A stretch of DNA of 64,000 bases, taken from assembly GCA_963728915.1 (NCBI GenBank), contig CAVSLV010000001.1, positions 224,001 through 288,000 of the forward strand, read 5' to 3'. Both the position numbers and the translations under genes were made by a program. This document shows positions 28,352 to 38,670 of the stretch, in pieces. The stretch is from an uncultured Gemmatimonadales bacterium. Its GTDB lineage: Bacteria > Gemmatimonadota > Gemmatimonadetes > Gemmatimonadales > GWC2-71-9. The notes below the pieces were generated by a model. That model made no database searches and had not been told where the DNA came from. It worked only from the letters and a program-made list of their open reading frames with translations. Position 1 is the stretch's first letter, and each line of letters opens with the position of its first letter.

Positions 28352-29584
28352 TTGGATACCGTGCCGGGCGACTCTCCCCGCCTTCTCATCCTTTTCATCA
28401 CCGCCTTCGTGGACATGGTCGGGCTGACCATGATCCTCCCGCTGCTGCCGTTCTACGCCACCAACCTCGGCGCGAGCGCGACAACGGTCGGCTTGCTCAT
28501 CGCCGCGTTCTCCGGCGCCCAGCTCGTGGTTGCGCCGGTGTGGGGGAAGTTCTCGGATCGGTATGGCCGCCGGCCTGCGATTCTGGCCGGCCTCCTGGTG
28601 ACCGCGATCGCGTATCTCCTGTTTGCCTATGCGGGGTCGATCCTGGCGTTGCTGATCTCCCGCATCGTCCAGGGAATTGGCGGAGGGACCATCGGCGTCG
28701 TCCAGGCCTATGTGACCGATGCTTCCACGCCGGAGCGGCGGACCCGAAGCCTGGGATGGCTGTCCGCGGTGACCAGTCTGGGCGCGGTCGCGGGCCCGGC
28801 GTTCGGCTCCTCCATGATCGCGATCGGCGGCGCCACGGCGCCGGGGCTGGCCGCGGCGAGCCTGGCGGTGCTGGTGGCCGGGTTCGGCTGGCGCTATCTG
28901 GGGGAATCGCGGGACCTGCTCTCGACCGCCGAGCGGGCCGCGGCAACGACCAGTGGCCGCGCGGTGCTCGACGTCCTAACCCGCTGGCGCGACCAGCCCT
29001 CCCGGCTCATCTGGATCTACACGATCGGTATCGGGGCGTTCTATGGGACCGGGCAGATCGCGCCGCTCCTGCTCGAACAGCGGTTCGGGATCACCGAGCG
29101 TACCGCCGGCTACTTCTTCATGTACCTGGGCGGGATGGGCGTGGTGGTGCGGTCGCTGGTGCTGGGGCGCGTCGTGGACCGCCTGGGAGAGCCCCGGCTG
29201 TCACGGCTCGGAATCCTGCTTCTGTCGGCCGGACTGGTCCTGACCGGCCTGGCCCATGGCTACCCCGTCCTCCTGGCAGGTTTCACCCTGATGCCGTTCG
29301 GCACCGCGTTCCTGTTTCCCTGCCTGACCGGGATGCTGTCCCAGATCGTGCCGCGCGCCGAGCGAGGTCTCTATATGGGAGTGCAGCAGGCCTTCGGGGG
29401 GGTGTCGCGGGTCGGCTTCCCGATCGCGGCGGGAATCGCGATCGACCGTTCCGGCGCCGGGGTGCCTTTCTGGGTCTCCGGCGCCCTGGTGCTCCTCACC
29501 CTTCCTCTCGCGATGGTGGTGCATCCGCCGGCTCGGGCCGGGCCGGCGGCGGGTGGCTCGAGGCCCCCCGGCGGCGCGCCATGA
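28352..29584 (+). CDS. MFS drug:H+ antiporter (TetA/DHA1-like)
   Basis: FVDMVGLTMILPLLP, GKFSDRYGRRP and AYVTD motifs; start TTG 28352 or GTG 28361. Confidence 0.85.
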   Translation: MDTVPGDSPRLLILFITAFVDMVGLTMILPLLPFYATNLGASATTVGLLIAAFSGAQLVVAPVWGKFSDRYGRRPAILAGLLVTAIAYLLFAYAGSILALLISRIVQGIGGGTIGVVQAYVTDASTPERRTRSLGWLSAVTSLGAVAGPAFGSSMIAIGGATAPGLAAASLAVLVAGFGWRYLGESRDLLSTAERAAATTSGRAVLDVLTRWRDQPSRLIWIYTIGIGAFYGTGQIAPLLLEQRFGITERTAGYFFMYLGGMGVVVRSLVLGRVVDRLGEPRLSRLGILLLSAGLVLTGLAHGYPVLLAGFTLMPFGTAFLFPCLTGMLSQIVPRAERGLYMGVQQAFGGVSRVGFPIAAGIAIDRSGAGVPFWVSGALVLLTLPLAMVVHPPARAGPAAGGSRPPGGAP

Positions 29585-29653
29585 TATCGGGACCCATTAT
29601 TATCGGGGGGCTTCGATTCGGTTCCCTGTGCGTCTGAACCCGAGGAGCGACCC

Positions 29654-30007
29654 ATGCCTGGGCCCAGCGTCGTTGAGCTGATCTCGCAGATCAATTATGC
29701 CGTCGAGACCATCGAGATCGGGGTGCGAAACGGGACCGTTCGCATCAGCGACATCGCCGATCTCAAGGGGACCATCGACGATGCCCGGCTGCGGCTCTGG
29801 AGGCTGATGAATCAGCCGGTGGACGAGGACTCGGTAGCCTTCGAGGAGCGCTTCCGACTCCGGCGGGCTCGCGATCTGATCGGCCGGCTCGCTGCGGATC
29901 TCCAGTCCGGACGAATCGCGCCGCGCCACCCCGAGTTCTCCGAGCTGCGCGAAGTCAACCGGACTCTCGCCAGCGCCATCGCGGTCGCCGGGGGCCCCGG
30001 CGCCTGA
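29654..30007 (+). CDS. Hypothetical helical protein
   Basis: 117-aa ORF with GAGGAG RBS filling the intergenic gap. Confidence 0.65.
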   Translation: MPGPSVVELISQINYAVETIEIGVRNGTVRISDIADLKGTIDDARLRLWRLMNQPVDEDSVAFEERFRLRRARDLIGRLAADLQSGRIAPRHPEFSELREVNRTLASAIAVAGGPGA

Positions 30008-30049
30008 TTCCTGTGCGGGGTTCCTTCCCGGAATCCCGTCTCTTCCATC

Positions 30050-31324
30050 ATGGACGTGATCATTGTCGGCGCCGGGGTGGCGGGTCTCGCCGCCCTGGAC
30101 CGCCTGTGGGCCGCGGGAGTACGACCCCTCGTGCTCGAGGCCCGCGACCGGATCGGGGGTCGGGTCCTGACCCGGCGGGCCGGCCAATTTCCCGTCGATC
30201 TCGGTCCCGAGTGGCTCGATGGCGCCGGAGTGGTCCGGCACCTTCTGGATGAGCGCGGAATCCCCCTGGTCGAGAGCGAAGGCCGATTCTGGGTTCGGAG
30301 CCGCGATGGTCTGGCCGAGGCGGGGGGGCCATACGACCGCAAGCTGCTCCGAAGACTCCGGGGAGCCGGCGGACCCGATCGACCCCTGGCGCGGGCTCTT
30401 CGAGGCTGTTGCGGCGACCCGCGGTGGAGTGGCGAGGTCCACCGGCTCCGGCGCTACGTGGAGGGATTCCATGCCGCGGATCCCGAACGGGTCGGACTTC
30501 GCTGGTTCCTCGAAACCGAAGCCCATCAATCCGCCATGGATTCGTCGTACCGGGCCCCGGCCGGGTGCGGAAGCGTGATCGAAGCGCTGGCCGTTCCCGG
30601 CGCCGGGATCCGGCAGGGGGTGGCGGTCCGGGAAATCCGCTGGAGGCGCGGAAGGGTGCGGGTTAGGGCAGAGACCGGGGAGGGACCCCGCGTCTGGGAA
30701 GCGGAGAAGGTTCTGGTCACCGTGCCGGCGTCGTTGCTGGCGCTCACCCGGGGCAGGGGACGGATGCGATTCGTTCCCGAGCCTCCCGGCAAGCGGTCCG
30801 CGCTGGACCGGCTGATCACCGGAGCGGTGCACAAGGTGATGCTGGTGTTCGATCGCCCGTTCTGGGAGGAGATCGATCCGTTCCGCGACCTGCTCATGGT
30901 GTTCGCGGTGGACCAGGTCTTTCCGACCTGGTGGACCATGCGCCCGGTCCGGGCGCCCTGCCTGGCCGGCTGGGTGGGCGGCCCCGATGCCGCCCGGCTT
31001 CAGGGCCTGACCCCGGGCGCCCGGCTCGACCTGGCGGTCGGCTCGCTCGCGGCCGGGTTAGGATTGCCGCGCCGCGAGATCGAATCCCGGCTGACCAGCT
31101 GGCACGAGCACGACTGGCAGGCGGACCCCTGGAGTCGCGGCGCCTACACCTACGTCCGGCCGGGCGGGATCGACGCCTGGAAGCGGCTGGGCCGCCCGGT
31201 GCAGGGAACCTTGTTCTTCGCGGGGGAAGCGACCGCGGCCCACGGTTTCAACGCCACGGTCGAGGGGGCCCTGGCGACCGGGCGACGAGCCGCCCGGGAG
31301 ATCCTGGGCGACCCGGATTATTGA
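30050..31324 (+). CDS. Flavin monoamine oxidase family protein
   Basis: [31 protein letters not shown] and LFFAGEAT...TVEGA motifs. Confidence 0.9.
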   Translation: MDVIIVGAGVAGLAALDRLWAAGVRPLVLEARDRIGGRVLTRRAGQFPVDLGPEWLDGAGVVRHLLDERGIPLVESEGRFWVRSRDGLAEAGGPYDRKLLRRLRGAGGPDRPLARALRGCCGDPRWSGEVHRLRRYVEGFHAADPERVGLRWFLETEAHQSAMDSSYRAPAGCGSVIEALAVPGAGIRQGVAVREIRWRRGRVRVRAETGEGPRVWEAEKVLVTVPASLLALTRGRGRMRFVPEPPGKRSALDRLITGAVHKVMLVFDRPFWEEIDPFRDLLMVFAVDQVFPTWWTMRPVRAPCLAGWVGGPDAARLQGLTPGARLDLAVGSLAAGLGLPRREIESRLTSWHEHDWQADPWSRGAYTYVRPGGIDAWKRLGRPVQGTLFFAGEATAAHGFNATVEGALATGRRAAREILGDPDY

Positions 31325-32808
31325 AGCGGAGTCTTCGCGACGAAATCGTACAGGGTGGAGCGGCGCAGCCGGAAATACGCCAGCCAGTAGCCCCGCAGCG
31401 CCTGGACCGACGCCGCCAGGGCCTGATCCTTCTCCGATTGCGCCACGAACAGGTTGTCGAGCTGGATCCTGCCGATGATGTAGCGGTTCAGGGCGACCTC
31501 GAATCGCTTGCCCGCCACCGTGTCCGCCTTGGACGCGATCACGAGGGTCCGGCGAGCCTGATCCAGGCCCAGCGCCGCGAAGTGGGCTTCCTGGATGAGC
31601 TGTAGCCGGCTCAGCTCGGCCTGGCTCTCGGCGCGCTCCAGGTCCGCCTTGGCGGCCGCGACGGTCCCGGCGTGGGCGCCCCATTGCCAGAGCGGTAGCT
31701 GGAGCGCCAGCGAGAATTGCCGCGCCTCCAGCAGGTTGGCATAGGCGAGCCTCCGCTCCGGCCCCGTGGCGTTGAACCCGTAGCTCGCCGTGAGCGCGGC
31801 GCCGGCCCAGTTGCTGAGCCGAGCCTCGGTGACTCTCCGATTGGCCTGGACCTCCTGAAGCGCGACCTCGCTCACGCTGGCCCGGTTGCGGAGCGCCTCG
31901 GCGACCGCAACGGCGGTATCGGCGTCGACCGCCGGGACATCGCCCGTCACCCGGATGGCAACAGGGGCACTGGCCGGCAGGCCGACAGCGATCCGGAGCG
32001 CGGCCTCCGCGCGATCGGCCTCGAGGCGGGCGGCGTCGAGCGAGTTGCGGGCCCGGAGCAGGGCCAGCTCGCTCTGAAGCAGGTCGTTTTCACCGATCTT
32101 GCCGACTTCGAACCGCCCCTTGTTCAGGGTGTAGAGGGTGTCGTTGGTCGCCGCGTTCGCCACCTGGTTCGCGAGATTGACCCGGGCCGCATGGAGATCG
32201 AAGAAGAAGCCGGTCACCGAGATGGCGACGTCTTCGCGGGCCTCGAGGTATGCTCGCTCCGCGGCCTCGAGACGGAGGGGCTGCTCCCGACGGTCCCACC
32301 CCAGCGAATTGGGTCGGAGGAGGTCCTGCCGGAACGAAATACTGAATGGGGTGCTGGTCCAGGATTCGAATGCCGATTCTCCGGACCGGGAAAGCCGCGA
32401 GAGGGACGAGACGAAGGACAGGTCGCCCCCAATGAGTGGCACCCTCTGGGTCACCGTGGCATCCACCCGCGCGCTGGTTTCGTCCTGAGGCTGGAAAAGC
32501 GTGGTGCCGTCGGGCTGGAGCACCGGGATGATCGCCCGGTTGTAGGACGGGGCGGTGGCGGTCAGGCCGAATTGGGGGAGCTGCTGGGCATAGAAGACCC
32601 GGTTCCGCTGGCGCGCGGCTTCCCACGTCGCGAGCGCTCCGCGGGCCTGGAGCCCCTTTCCCTCGGCCATCGCGACCGCCCGCTCGAGCGATATCTCCAC
32701 GGTATCGAGGGCGCTCCACGGCGCAGCGGGAGCCGGGGTCTCCTGGGCCAGGGCGGGGGGCGCCGTCCCCACGGCCAGCAGGCCGAGGATCATGATTCGT
32801 CTATTCAT
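31318..32808 (-). CDS. TolC family outer membrane efflux protein
   Basis: Signal peptide, RFEVGKI and LQLPLWQWG motifs; last gene of the efflux operon. Confidence 0.85.
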   Translation of the reverse strand: MNRRIMILGLLAVGTAPPALAQETPAPAAPWSALDTVEISLERAVAMAEGKGLQARGALATWEAARQRNRVFYAQQLPQFGLTATAPSYNRAIIPVLQPDGTTLFQPQDETSARVDATVTQRVPLIGGDLSFVSSLSRLSRSGESAFESWTSTPFSISFRQDLLRPNSLGWDRREQPLRLEAAERAYLEAREDVAISVTGFFFDLHAARVNLANQVANAATNDTLYTLNKGRFEVGKIGENDLLQSELALLRARNSLDAARLEADRAEAALRIAVGLPASAPVAIRVTGDVPAVDADTAVAVAEALRNRASVSEVALQEVQANRRVTEARLSNWAGAALTASYGFNATGPERRLAYANLLEARQFSLALQLPLWQWGAHAGTVAAAKADLERAESQAELSRLQLIQEAHFAALGLDQARRTLVIASKADTVAGKRFEVALNRYIIGRIQLDNLFVAQSEKDQALAASVQALRGYWLAYFRLRRSTLYDFVAKTPLQ

Positions 32809-34192
32809 AGCGCAAGCACTCCACCGGATCCTGGCGCGCCGCCCGGTAGGCGGGGACGATCCCGAAGCCCAAGCCGACCGAGAACGACACGCCGAACGCA
32901 GTCAGGACGGACAGCACTGAGACGATGGTGCGGATCTTCGCGACCTGCTCGATGCCGGAGCTCAGCCCCACGCCGAGCAGGATCCCCGCGATACCGCCGG
33001 CCAGGCTGATCAGCACCGCCTCGGCGAGAAACTGGAACAGGATGTCCTTCTCGGTAGCCCCGAGCGCGCGGCGGACGCCGATTTCCCGAATCCGCTCCAG
33101 CACCGAGGCGAGCATGATGTTCATGATGCCGATGCCGCCGACGATGAGCGAGATGCTCGCGATCGCGCCCAGCACGACGTTGAAAATCGTCTTGGCGCGC
33201 TGTTCCTGGCGGAGCAGCAGCTCCGGAATGGTGATCTCGAAATCCACCATGCTGTTGTGGCGCCGGGCCATGAGGCGCTGCGTCACCTCCGCGACCGAGG
33301 GCACCACGCTGGATTCCTTGACCCGGATGATGATCCGGTCGAGCTGGTTCCGATTGGTGCGCTCGGCCCGCTGCTCCTCGGATTCGGTCGAGTCCGCGCT
33401 CACGAAGGTTCCTTCGCGAGAGGCTTGTTCCACGTCGCGCTGGGTGATCTGGGCGCGGTCCCGGTAGCGCCGCAGCATGGTGTGCACCGGGATATACACG
33501 TCCATGTTGGCATCCCGGATGCCCAGCCGCTGGGAGGACTGCTGGCTCACCCGGCGGTCCGCCAGGACGCCGACCACGGTCAGCCAGGCGTCGCCCACCT
33601 TGATCCGCCCGCCGATCGGGCTTTCGGTAGTGAAAAACCGGGTGCGCACTCCGTTGCCGATGATCGCCACCGGGTGCCCGCTGGCCACCTGGGTCGGAGA
33701 GAACCAGGTCCCGCTGGTCAGCTCGAGATTGGTGAGACGAAAGTAGGAGGTATCGACCCCGACCAGTTTTCCCGAGCGCCGGTGGCCTTCCCGGGTAACC
33801 GTGGTGTTGAGCACGATCTCCGCGCTGGTCGCCTCGACCGAAGGAATCGCGAGAATGGCGAGGGCGTCGGCGTAGGTCAGCCCGGGCGAGAACTTCTTCA
33901 CCTCCCGCGCGTCCTGCTCCTGCGCGGGGCCCTCCTTCTGCTCGACCAGGGGCGTGATCATGATGTTGTTCGAGCCCAGAAGCCGCATCTGGGCCAGGAT
34001 CTCCGATTCGGCGCCCTTGCCGATCGCGAGCATCGCGATGACCGAGGCCACTCCGAACAGGATGCCGAGCGAGGTCAGCCCGGCGCGGAGCTTGTTATGC
34101 TCGACCGCCTCGACCGCATTGCGGAGGCTGAACAGCACATGCGCGACGATCCGAGCCCGCAGGGTCGCGAGCGACGCGCGATCGAGTTGCAC
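32801..34192 (-). CDS. MacB-like ABC transporter permease (no nucleotide-binding domain)
   Basis: LTSLGILFGVASVIAM, VGGIGIMNIMLASVLERIREIGVRRALGA and PAYRAARQDP motifs. Confidence 0.9.
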   Translation of the reverse strand: MQLDRASLATLRARIVAHVLFSLRNAVEAVEHNKLRAGLTSLGILFGVASVIAMLAIGKGAESEILAQMRLLGSNNIMITPLVEQKEGPAQEQDAREVKKFSPGLTYADALAILAIPSVEATSAEIVLNTTVTREGHRRSGKLVGVDTSYFRLTNLELTSGTWFSPTQVASGHPVAIIGNGVRTRFFTTESPIGGRIKVGDAWLTVVGVLADRRVSQQSSQRLGIRDANMDVYIPVHTMLRRYRDRAQITQRDVEQASREGTFVSADSTESEEQRAERTNRNQLDRIIIRVKESSVVPSVAEVTQRLMARRHNSMVDFEITIPELLLRQEQRAKTIFNVVLGAIASISLIVGGIGIMNIMLASVLERIREIGVRRALGATEKDILFQFLAEAVLISLAGGIAGILLGVGLSSGIEQVAKIRTIVSVLSVLTAFGVSFSVGLGFGIVPAYRAARQDPVECLRYE

Positions 34193-35548
34193 TCAGGGCT
34201 TCCGGGCCGGCGCGGCCGACGGGGTGGTGGGCTGCGCGATCGGGCGCGGCCCCAGCGCGGTATCACCCGCGGGAGACGGAGGACGCTGCCCGTCGGGGAG
34301 CCGGACCAGGGGAAGCTGGGCCCGGTTGGCGGGAGGAGTGAGCAGGACCCGGTCCGACTCGGTGATCCCGTGCTCGATCACGACGGCCTCGTCATTCATC
34401 GCCCCGGGCATCACTTCCTGTTTCACGGTGCTCCCGCCGTTGACCTTGAAGACCACCGGGACGCCTTCCTCGCTGGTGACCGCCTCGAGCGGGACCGACA
34501 GGACGTTCGGAAGCTTCAGGGTTTCAATGACGTTGCCGGTCGTCATCCCGGGTCGCAGCGTCGTGTCCGACTGTTCCACCGCGATCTTCACTTCGAACAC
34601 CTTGGCGTCCTGATTGGGGCGCTGCTCGCCGACGTTGGCCACGCTGGTCACCTTGCCGGTGAGCTTCTTGGCCGGATCGGCATCGAGGGTCAGCACCACC
34701 GGCTGTCCCACCGCGACCTTGCGCACGTCGATCTCGTTCACGTAGGTGATCGATTCCATCTGGGTGAGATCGGGCAGGGTGGCGACTCCGGGATCCCAGG
34801 CGCTCACCTGCGATCCCGCGGTGCGCTTCTTCCCGCTCCATTCCCGGACGTAGATCACCATGCCCGGCGTCGGGGCGCGAATGGTGAAGTTCGCGAGCAC
34901 GTCCTGCACCACGGCGAGCAGATTGGTTTGCCGCTGCTTGTCCGCGCCCACTTCCCGCATCTTGGCCTGGGCCTGCTCCACCCGGGTCTTGTAATCGGCC
35001 CGCCCCTGGATCAGGGCGCGGTCGGCTTTCTCGAGATCGATTTCCGCCTGGCGGCGGATGGTCGGGGCTTCGTAGACCGACTGTTCCTTGGCGAGCTTCT
35101 TCTCCTCGACCCCGAGCTCCATCGTGCGAATGTCCTCGCGCGCCTTGCTCAGGTTGAGCGCCGAATCCAGCATCGCCTGCTCGAAGACCGCGTCGGCTTT
35201 CTGGAGGGCGACGGTGACATCCTGGAGCCGGTTCCCCAGGGTTGAGCGATCCAGCTCGGCGACCACATCGCCGGCCTTCACCACGGTTCCCTCAGGCACC
35301 AGCGTCGAGATCTTCATCTGGAACGCGCCCGCCTGCTGGGCATTCTGGGGGACGGTGATCTGAACGAACTTGATCGCCCGAAGCTCTCCCGAGACGGTGA
35401 CCGTGACCGCGAAATCCCCCTTCCGGACCGGGGCCATCAGGCGTGACTCGGACTCCCGGGGGGAACGGGCCAGGAGCCAGGCGGCGGGAAGGCCGATGAC
35501 CAGCACGGCCGCGACGATCAGGAAACGGCGGGTGCGGAGAAACCGCAT
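34193..35548 (-). CDS. MacA/HlyD-like periplasmic adaptor
   Basis: N-terminal TM, VPEGTVVKAGD, coiled coil, IRAPTPG and LRPGMT motifs. Confidence 0.9.
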   Translation of the reverse strand: MRFLRTRRFLIVAAVLVIGLPAAWLLARSPRESESRLMAPVRKGDFAVTVTVSGELRAIKFVQITVPQNAQQAGAFQMKISTLVPEGTVVKAGDVVAELDRSTLGNRLQDVTVALQKADAVFEQAMLDSALNLSKAREDIRTMELGVEEKKLAKEQSVYEAPTIRRQAEIDLEKADRALIQGRADYKTRVEQAQAKMREVGADKQRQTNLLAVVQDVLANFTIRAPTPGMVIYVREWSGKKRTAGSQVSAWDPGVATLPDLTQMESITYVNEIDVRKVAVGQPVVLTLDADPAKKLTGKVTSVANVGEQRPNQDAKVFEVKIAVEQSDTTLRPGMTTGNVIETLKLPNVLSVPLEAVTSEEGVPVVFKVNGGSTVKQEVMPGAMNDEAVVIEHGITESDRVLLTPPANRAQLPLVRLPDGQRPPSPAGDTALGPRPIAQPTTPSAAPARKP

Positions 35549-35703
35549 AGAGGCTCCTTGCCACGTCCGGATTTAGATGCGGCGCGACTGCATTTGGTTG
35601 CCAAGCTCGGAAAGGAGCGTGGGGCCCGCAATAGGCTTCATCAAAATGTCATCCTCCTGATATCTTTCGCCAGTTTTTCCCTCTCCGGCCCGGTCAAATC
35701 CTC

Positions 35704-38658
35704 ATGAAACGAGCTCGTATCCTCTCCCCGGTTGTCCTGCTGCTGGGTCTTGCATCGATTGCCGTGGCCCAGACGCCCAAGCGCCCCCTCACTCAAGCCG
35801 ACTGGGATGGCTGGCGTTCCATCAGCGGGATGGTGCTGTCGGCCGACGGCAAATGGGCGGCCTACACGCTCACCCCTCAGGTCGGAGACGGCGAGCTGGT
35901 CGTTCGGGCGACTGACGGTTCCACGGAATACCGGGTGCCCCGGGGGTATCTGGGAAGGCCCAACAATGTCCCGGGCGGACTGCGACCACCCAGGGGCCCC
36001 GGGCAGGAAACCCCTGGGACGGGTCCCGGCGCATCACCGCCTCAGTTCAGCGCGGACATGCGGTTTGTGCTGGTGATGGTTCAGCCTTCCCGCGCGGAAG
36101 TCGAGCGACTCGAGACCCAGCGAGGGCGGAATCGCGGCGTCCCGAGACAGCGGAATTCGCTCGCCATTCTCGATCTGACCGACGGTAAGGTGACGGTCAT
36201 TCCGGAGGTCAGGTCCTTCCGGCTGCCTCGGGAGAACGGCGGCTGGGTCGCCTATCTCGCCGAGCCGGATTCGGGCAGCTCGACGTCACCGAGACGAACC
36301 TTCGGATCTCCGTTGATGCTCCGCAACCTGGCGTCCGGAATCGCCGAGCGGTTCAACGACGTGCGCGACTACGCCATGGACGACAGCGCCCGGGTCCTCG
36401 CCTATACGGTCGTTTCGAGGGACTCGACCCGGGATGGCGCCTTCTTCCGGAGCTTGCGGAACGGAAGCACCGTCACGCTCGCCTCCGGCCGGGGGGACTA
36501 CCAGGGAATCATTCTCGATCGTTCCGCGACCCAGGCGGCCTTCCTCTCCAATCGGGCGGAGTTCGGGAGCGCCGTGCCGCGGTTCACCCTTTTTCATGCG
36601 ATGGTAAAAGGCGCAGCCGAGGCCCCCGGCAGGAAATCGAAGCCGATGGAAGCGACGGTCACCAGCGCGGTCGAGCCCAGGGCACTGCCGTCGGGATTTC
36701 GGGTGAGCGACCGCTCCTCCCTGTCGTTCACCAAAGCCGGGAACGCCATTTTGTTGGGCGTGGCGCCGGAGCTGCCCGACTCGGTGCCCGCGGATTCCCT
36801 GGTCGGCAAGGCGGTCTTCGACCTCTGGCATTGGAAGGACCCCCGGCTCCAGCCGTCTCAGCGATTGTCGGCCGCGCGGGACCGCAATCGCGCCTTCCAG
36901 GCCATCTGGTTTACCGGCAACCGGAAGCTGGTGCAGCTGGCCAATGATTCGATACCGGAGGTGGATGTCTCCGACGACGGGAAGACCGGATTCGCGGCCA
37001 GCGTTGAGCGGTATCGCATCGAGACGATGTGGGGAGATGGCGGCACCGATGTCTATGGCCTCGATCCCACGAGCGGCGCGATGAAGATGATCCGGGAGAA
37101 AATCAGCGGACCGGCGCGGCTTTCTCCCGACGGCAAGTACGTCGCCTTCTTCGACAAGGGACACTGGTACTCGTACAACCTTTCGAGCGGGAAAACCGTG
37201 GACCTGACTGGCGGCCTGACCGGCGTCCGGTTCGACCAGGAGACCTGGGACACCCCCTCGATTCCCGACGCCTGGGGAATTGCCGGGTGGACCAAGGGTG
37301 ACAAGTCGCTCCTGCTCTACGATCGCTGGGATATCTGGGAGCTCGATCCCCAGGGGTCCCGCGCGCCGATCATGGTGACCGATTCGCTCGGCCGGAAGGA
37401 AGGGCTGGTGTTCCGCATTGTGCCGGTCCAGGCCGACCGCGCGGTCGGAGGTGGGGGCAGGCGATCCGGCGCGGCGGGCCGGGAAGATGAGCCGGTCGAT
37501 CCCTCCGAGCCGCTCCTTCTCCGCGCGGTGAACGAGGACACCAGGGCGTCCGGATTCTACCGGGACCGGCTCGGGGTCCGGCAGGACCCGCAACGAATCG
37601 TCATGGCTGACGCGGCCTTCGGCGATCCCATCAAGGCCGGGAAGGCCGACCAGTGGCTGCTTACCCGGGGAACGTTCGTGGAGTTTCCCAACCTGTGGAC
37701 CGGACCGTCGCTCGATGCTCTGACCCGGATCTCCGACGCCAACCCGCAGCAGAAGGACGTCAATTGGGGCACCGTGGAGCTGGTCCGCTGGACCAGCGCC
37801 GACGGGATCCCGCTCAAGGGGCTGCTGTTCAAGCCGGAGGATTTCGATTCGACCCGGAAGTATCCCCTGATCGCCTACTTCTACGAGCAGCTTTCCCAGA
37901 ACCTCAACAACTACGCGCCGCCGAACGGCCGGAACGTGATCAACCCGACCCACTATGCCTCCAACGGCTACCTGGTCTTCGAGCCGGACATCGCCTACCA
38001 GACCGGGTACCCTGGTCCGAGCGCGCTCAAGTCGGTCGTGCCGGGGGTGCAGTCGCTGATCGCGCGCGGGTTCGTGGATCCCAGGCGTCTCGGGATTCAG
38101 GGCCAGTCGTGGGGCGGCTATCAAACGTCCTACATCATCACCCAGACCGGCATGTTCGCCGCGGCGATGGCGGGCGCGCCGGTGGTGAACATGACCAGCG
38201 CGTATGGCGGAATCCGCTGGGAATCCGGCGTCGCCCGGCCGTTCCAGTACGAGATCGGGCAGAGCCGGATCGGCGGCTCGCTCTGGGAAGCCCCGATGCG
38301 CTACTTCGAGAACTCGCCGCTCTTCTGGCTCGACCGCATCACGACGCCGCTGTTCATCATGAGCAACGACGCTGACGGCGCGGTGCCCTGGTACCAGGGT
38401 ATCGAATTCTTCGTCGGGATGCGGCGGCTCGGGAAAGAGGTCTATCTGATCGATTACAACAACGACATTCATAACCCGGCGAGCCGGGCCAATCAGAAGG
38501 ACATCGCGATGCGGATGCAGCAGTTCTTCGATACCAAGCTCAAGGGCGCTCCGGCACCGGACTGGATGGTGCGGGGGATTCCGTATCTGGCCAAGGGCCG
38601 CGACCAGCTCCAGCCGCCGAAGCCGGCCAGTGCGGGGAGCGGGGGAGAGAAGCCCTAG
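35704..38658 (+). CDS. Secreted S9 family serine peptidase
   Basis: Signal peptide, GIQGQSWGG nucleophile, NDADGAVPW and NNDIH. Confidence 0.9.
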   Translation: MKRARILSPVVLLLGLASIAVAQTPKRPLTQADWDGWRSISGMVLSADGKWAAYTLTPQVGDGELVVRATDGSTEYRVPRGYLGRPNNVPGGLRPPRGPGQETPGTGPGASPPQFSADMRFVLVMVQPSRAEVERLETQRGRNRGVPRQRNSLAILDLTDGKVTVIPEVRSFRLPRENGGWVAYLAEPDSGSSTSPRRTFGSPLMLRNLASGIAERFNDVRDYAMDDSARVLAYTVVSRDSTRDGAFFRSLRNGSTVTLASGRGDYQGIILDRSATQAAFLSNRAEFGSAVPRFTLFHAMVKGAAEAPGRKSKPMEATVTSAVEPRALPSGFRVSDRSSLSFTKAGNAILLGVAPELPDSVPADSLVGKAVFDLWHWKDPRLQPSQRLSAARDRNRAFQAIWFTGNRKLVQLANDSIPEVDVSDDGKTGFAASVERYRIETMWGDGGTDVYGLDPTSGAMKMIREKISGPARLSPDGKYVAFFDKGHWYSYNLSSGKTVDLTGGLTGVRFDQETWDTPSIPDAWGIAGWTKGDKSLLLYDRWDIWELDPQGSRAPIMVTDSLGRKEGLVFRIVPVQADRAVGGGGRRSGAAGREDEPVDPSEPLLLRAVNEDTRASGFYRDRLGVRQDPQRIVMADAAFGDPIKAGKADQWLLTRGTFVEFPNLWTGPSLDALTRISDANPQQKDVNWGTVELVRWTSADGIPLKGLLFKPEDFDSTRKYPLIAYFYEQLSQNLNNYAPPNGRNVINPTHYASNGYLVFEPDIAYQTGYPGPSALKSVVPGVQSLIARGFVDPRRLGIQGQSWGGYQTSYIITQTGMFAAAMAGAPVVNMTSAYGGIRWESGVARPFQYEIGQSRIGGSLWEAPMRYFENSPLFWLDRITTPLFIMSNDADGAVPWYQGIEFFVGMRRLGKEVYLIDYNNDIHNPASRANQKDIAMRMQQFFDTKLKGAPAPDWMVRGIPYLAKGRDQLQPPKPASAGSGGEKP

Positions 38659-38670
38659 CCCCAGCCCCAG

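Noticed and set aside
35589..35604. Sigma-54-like TGGCAA...TGC upstream of the efflux operon
   Set aside because: GG-to-GC spacing is one base short of the strict -24/-12 spacing.
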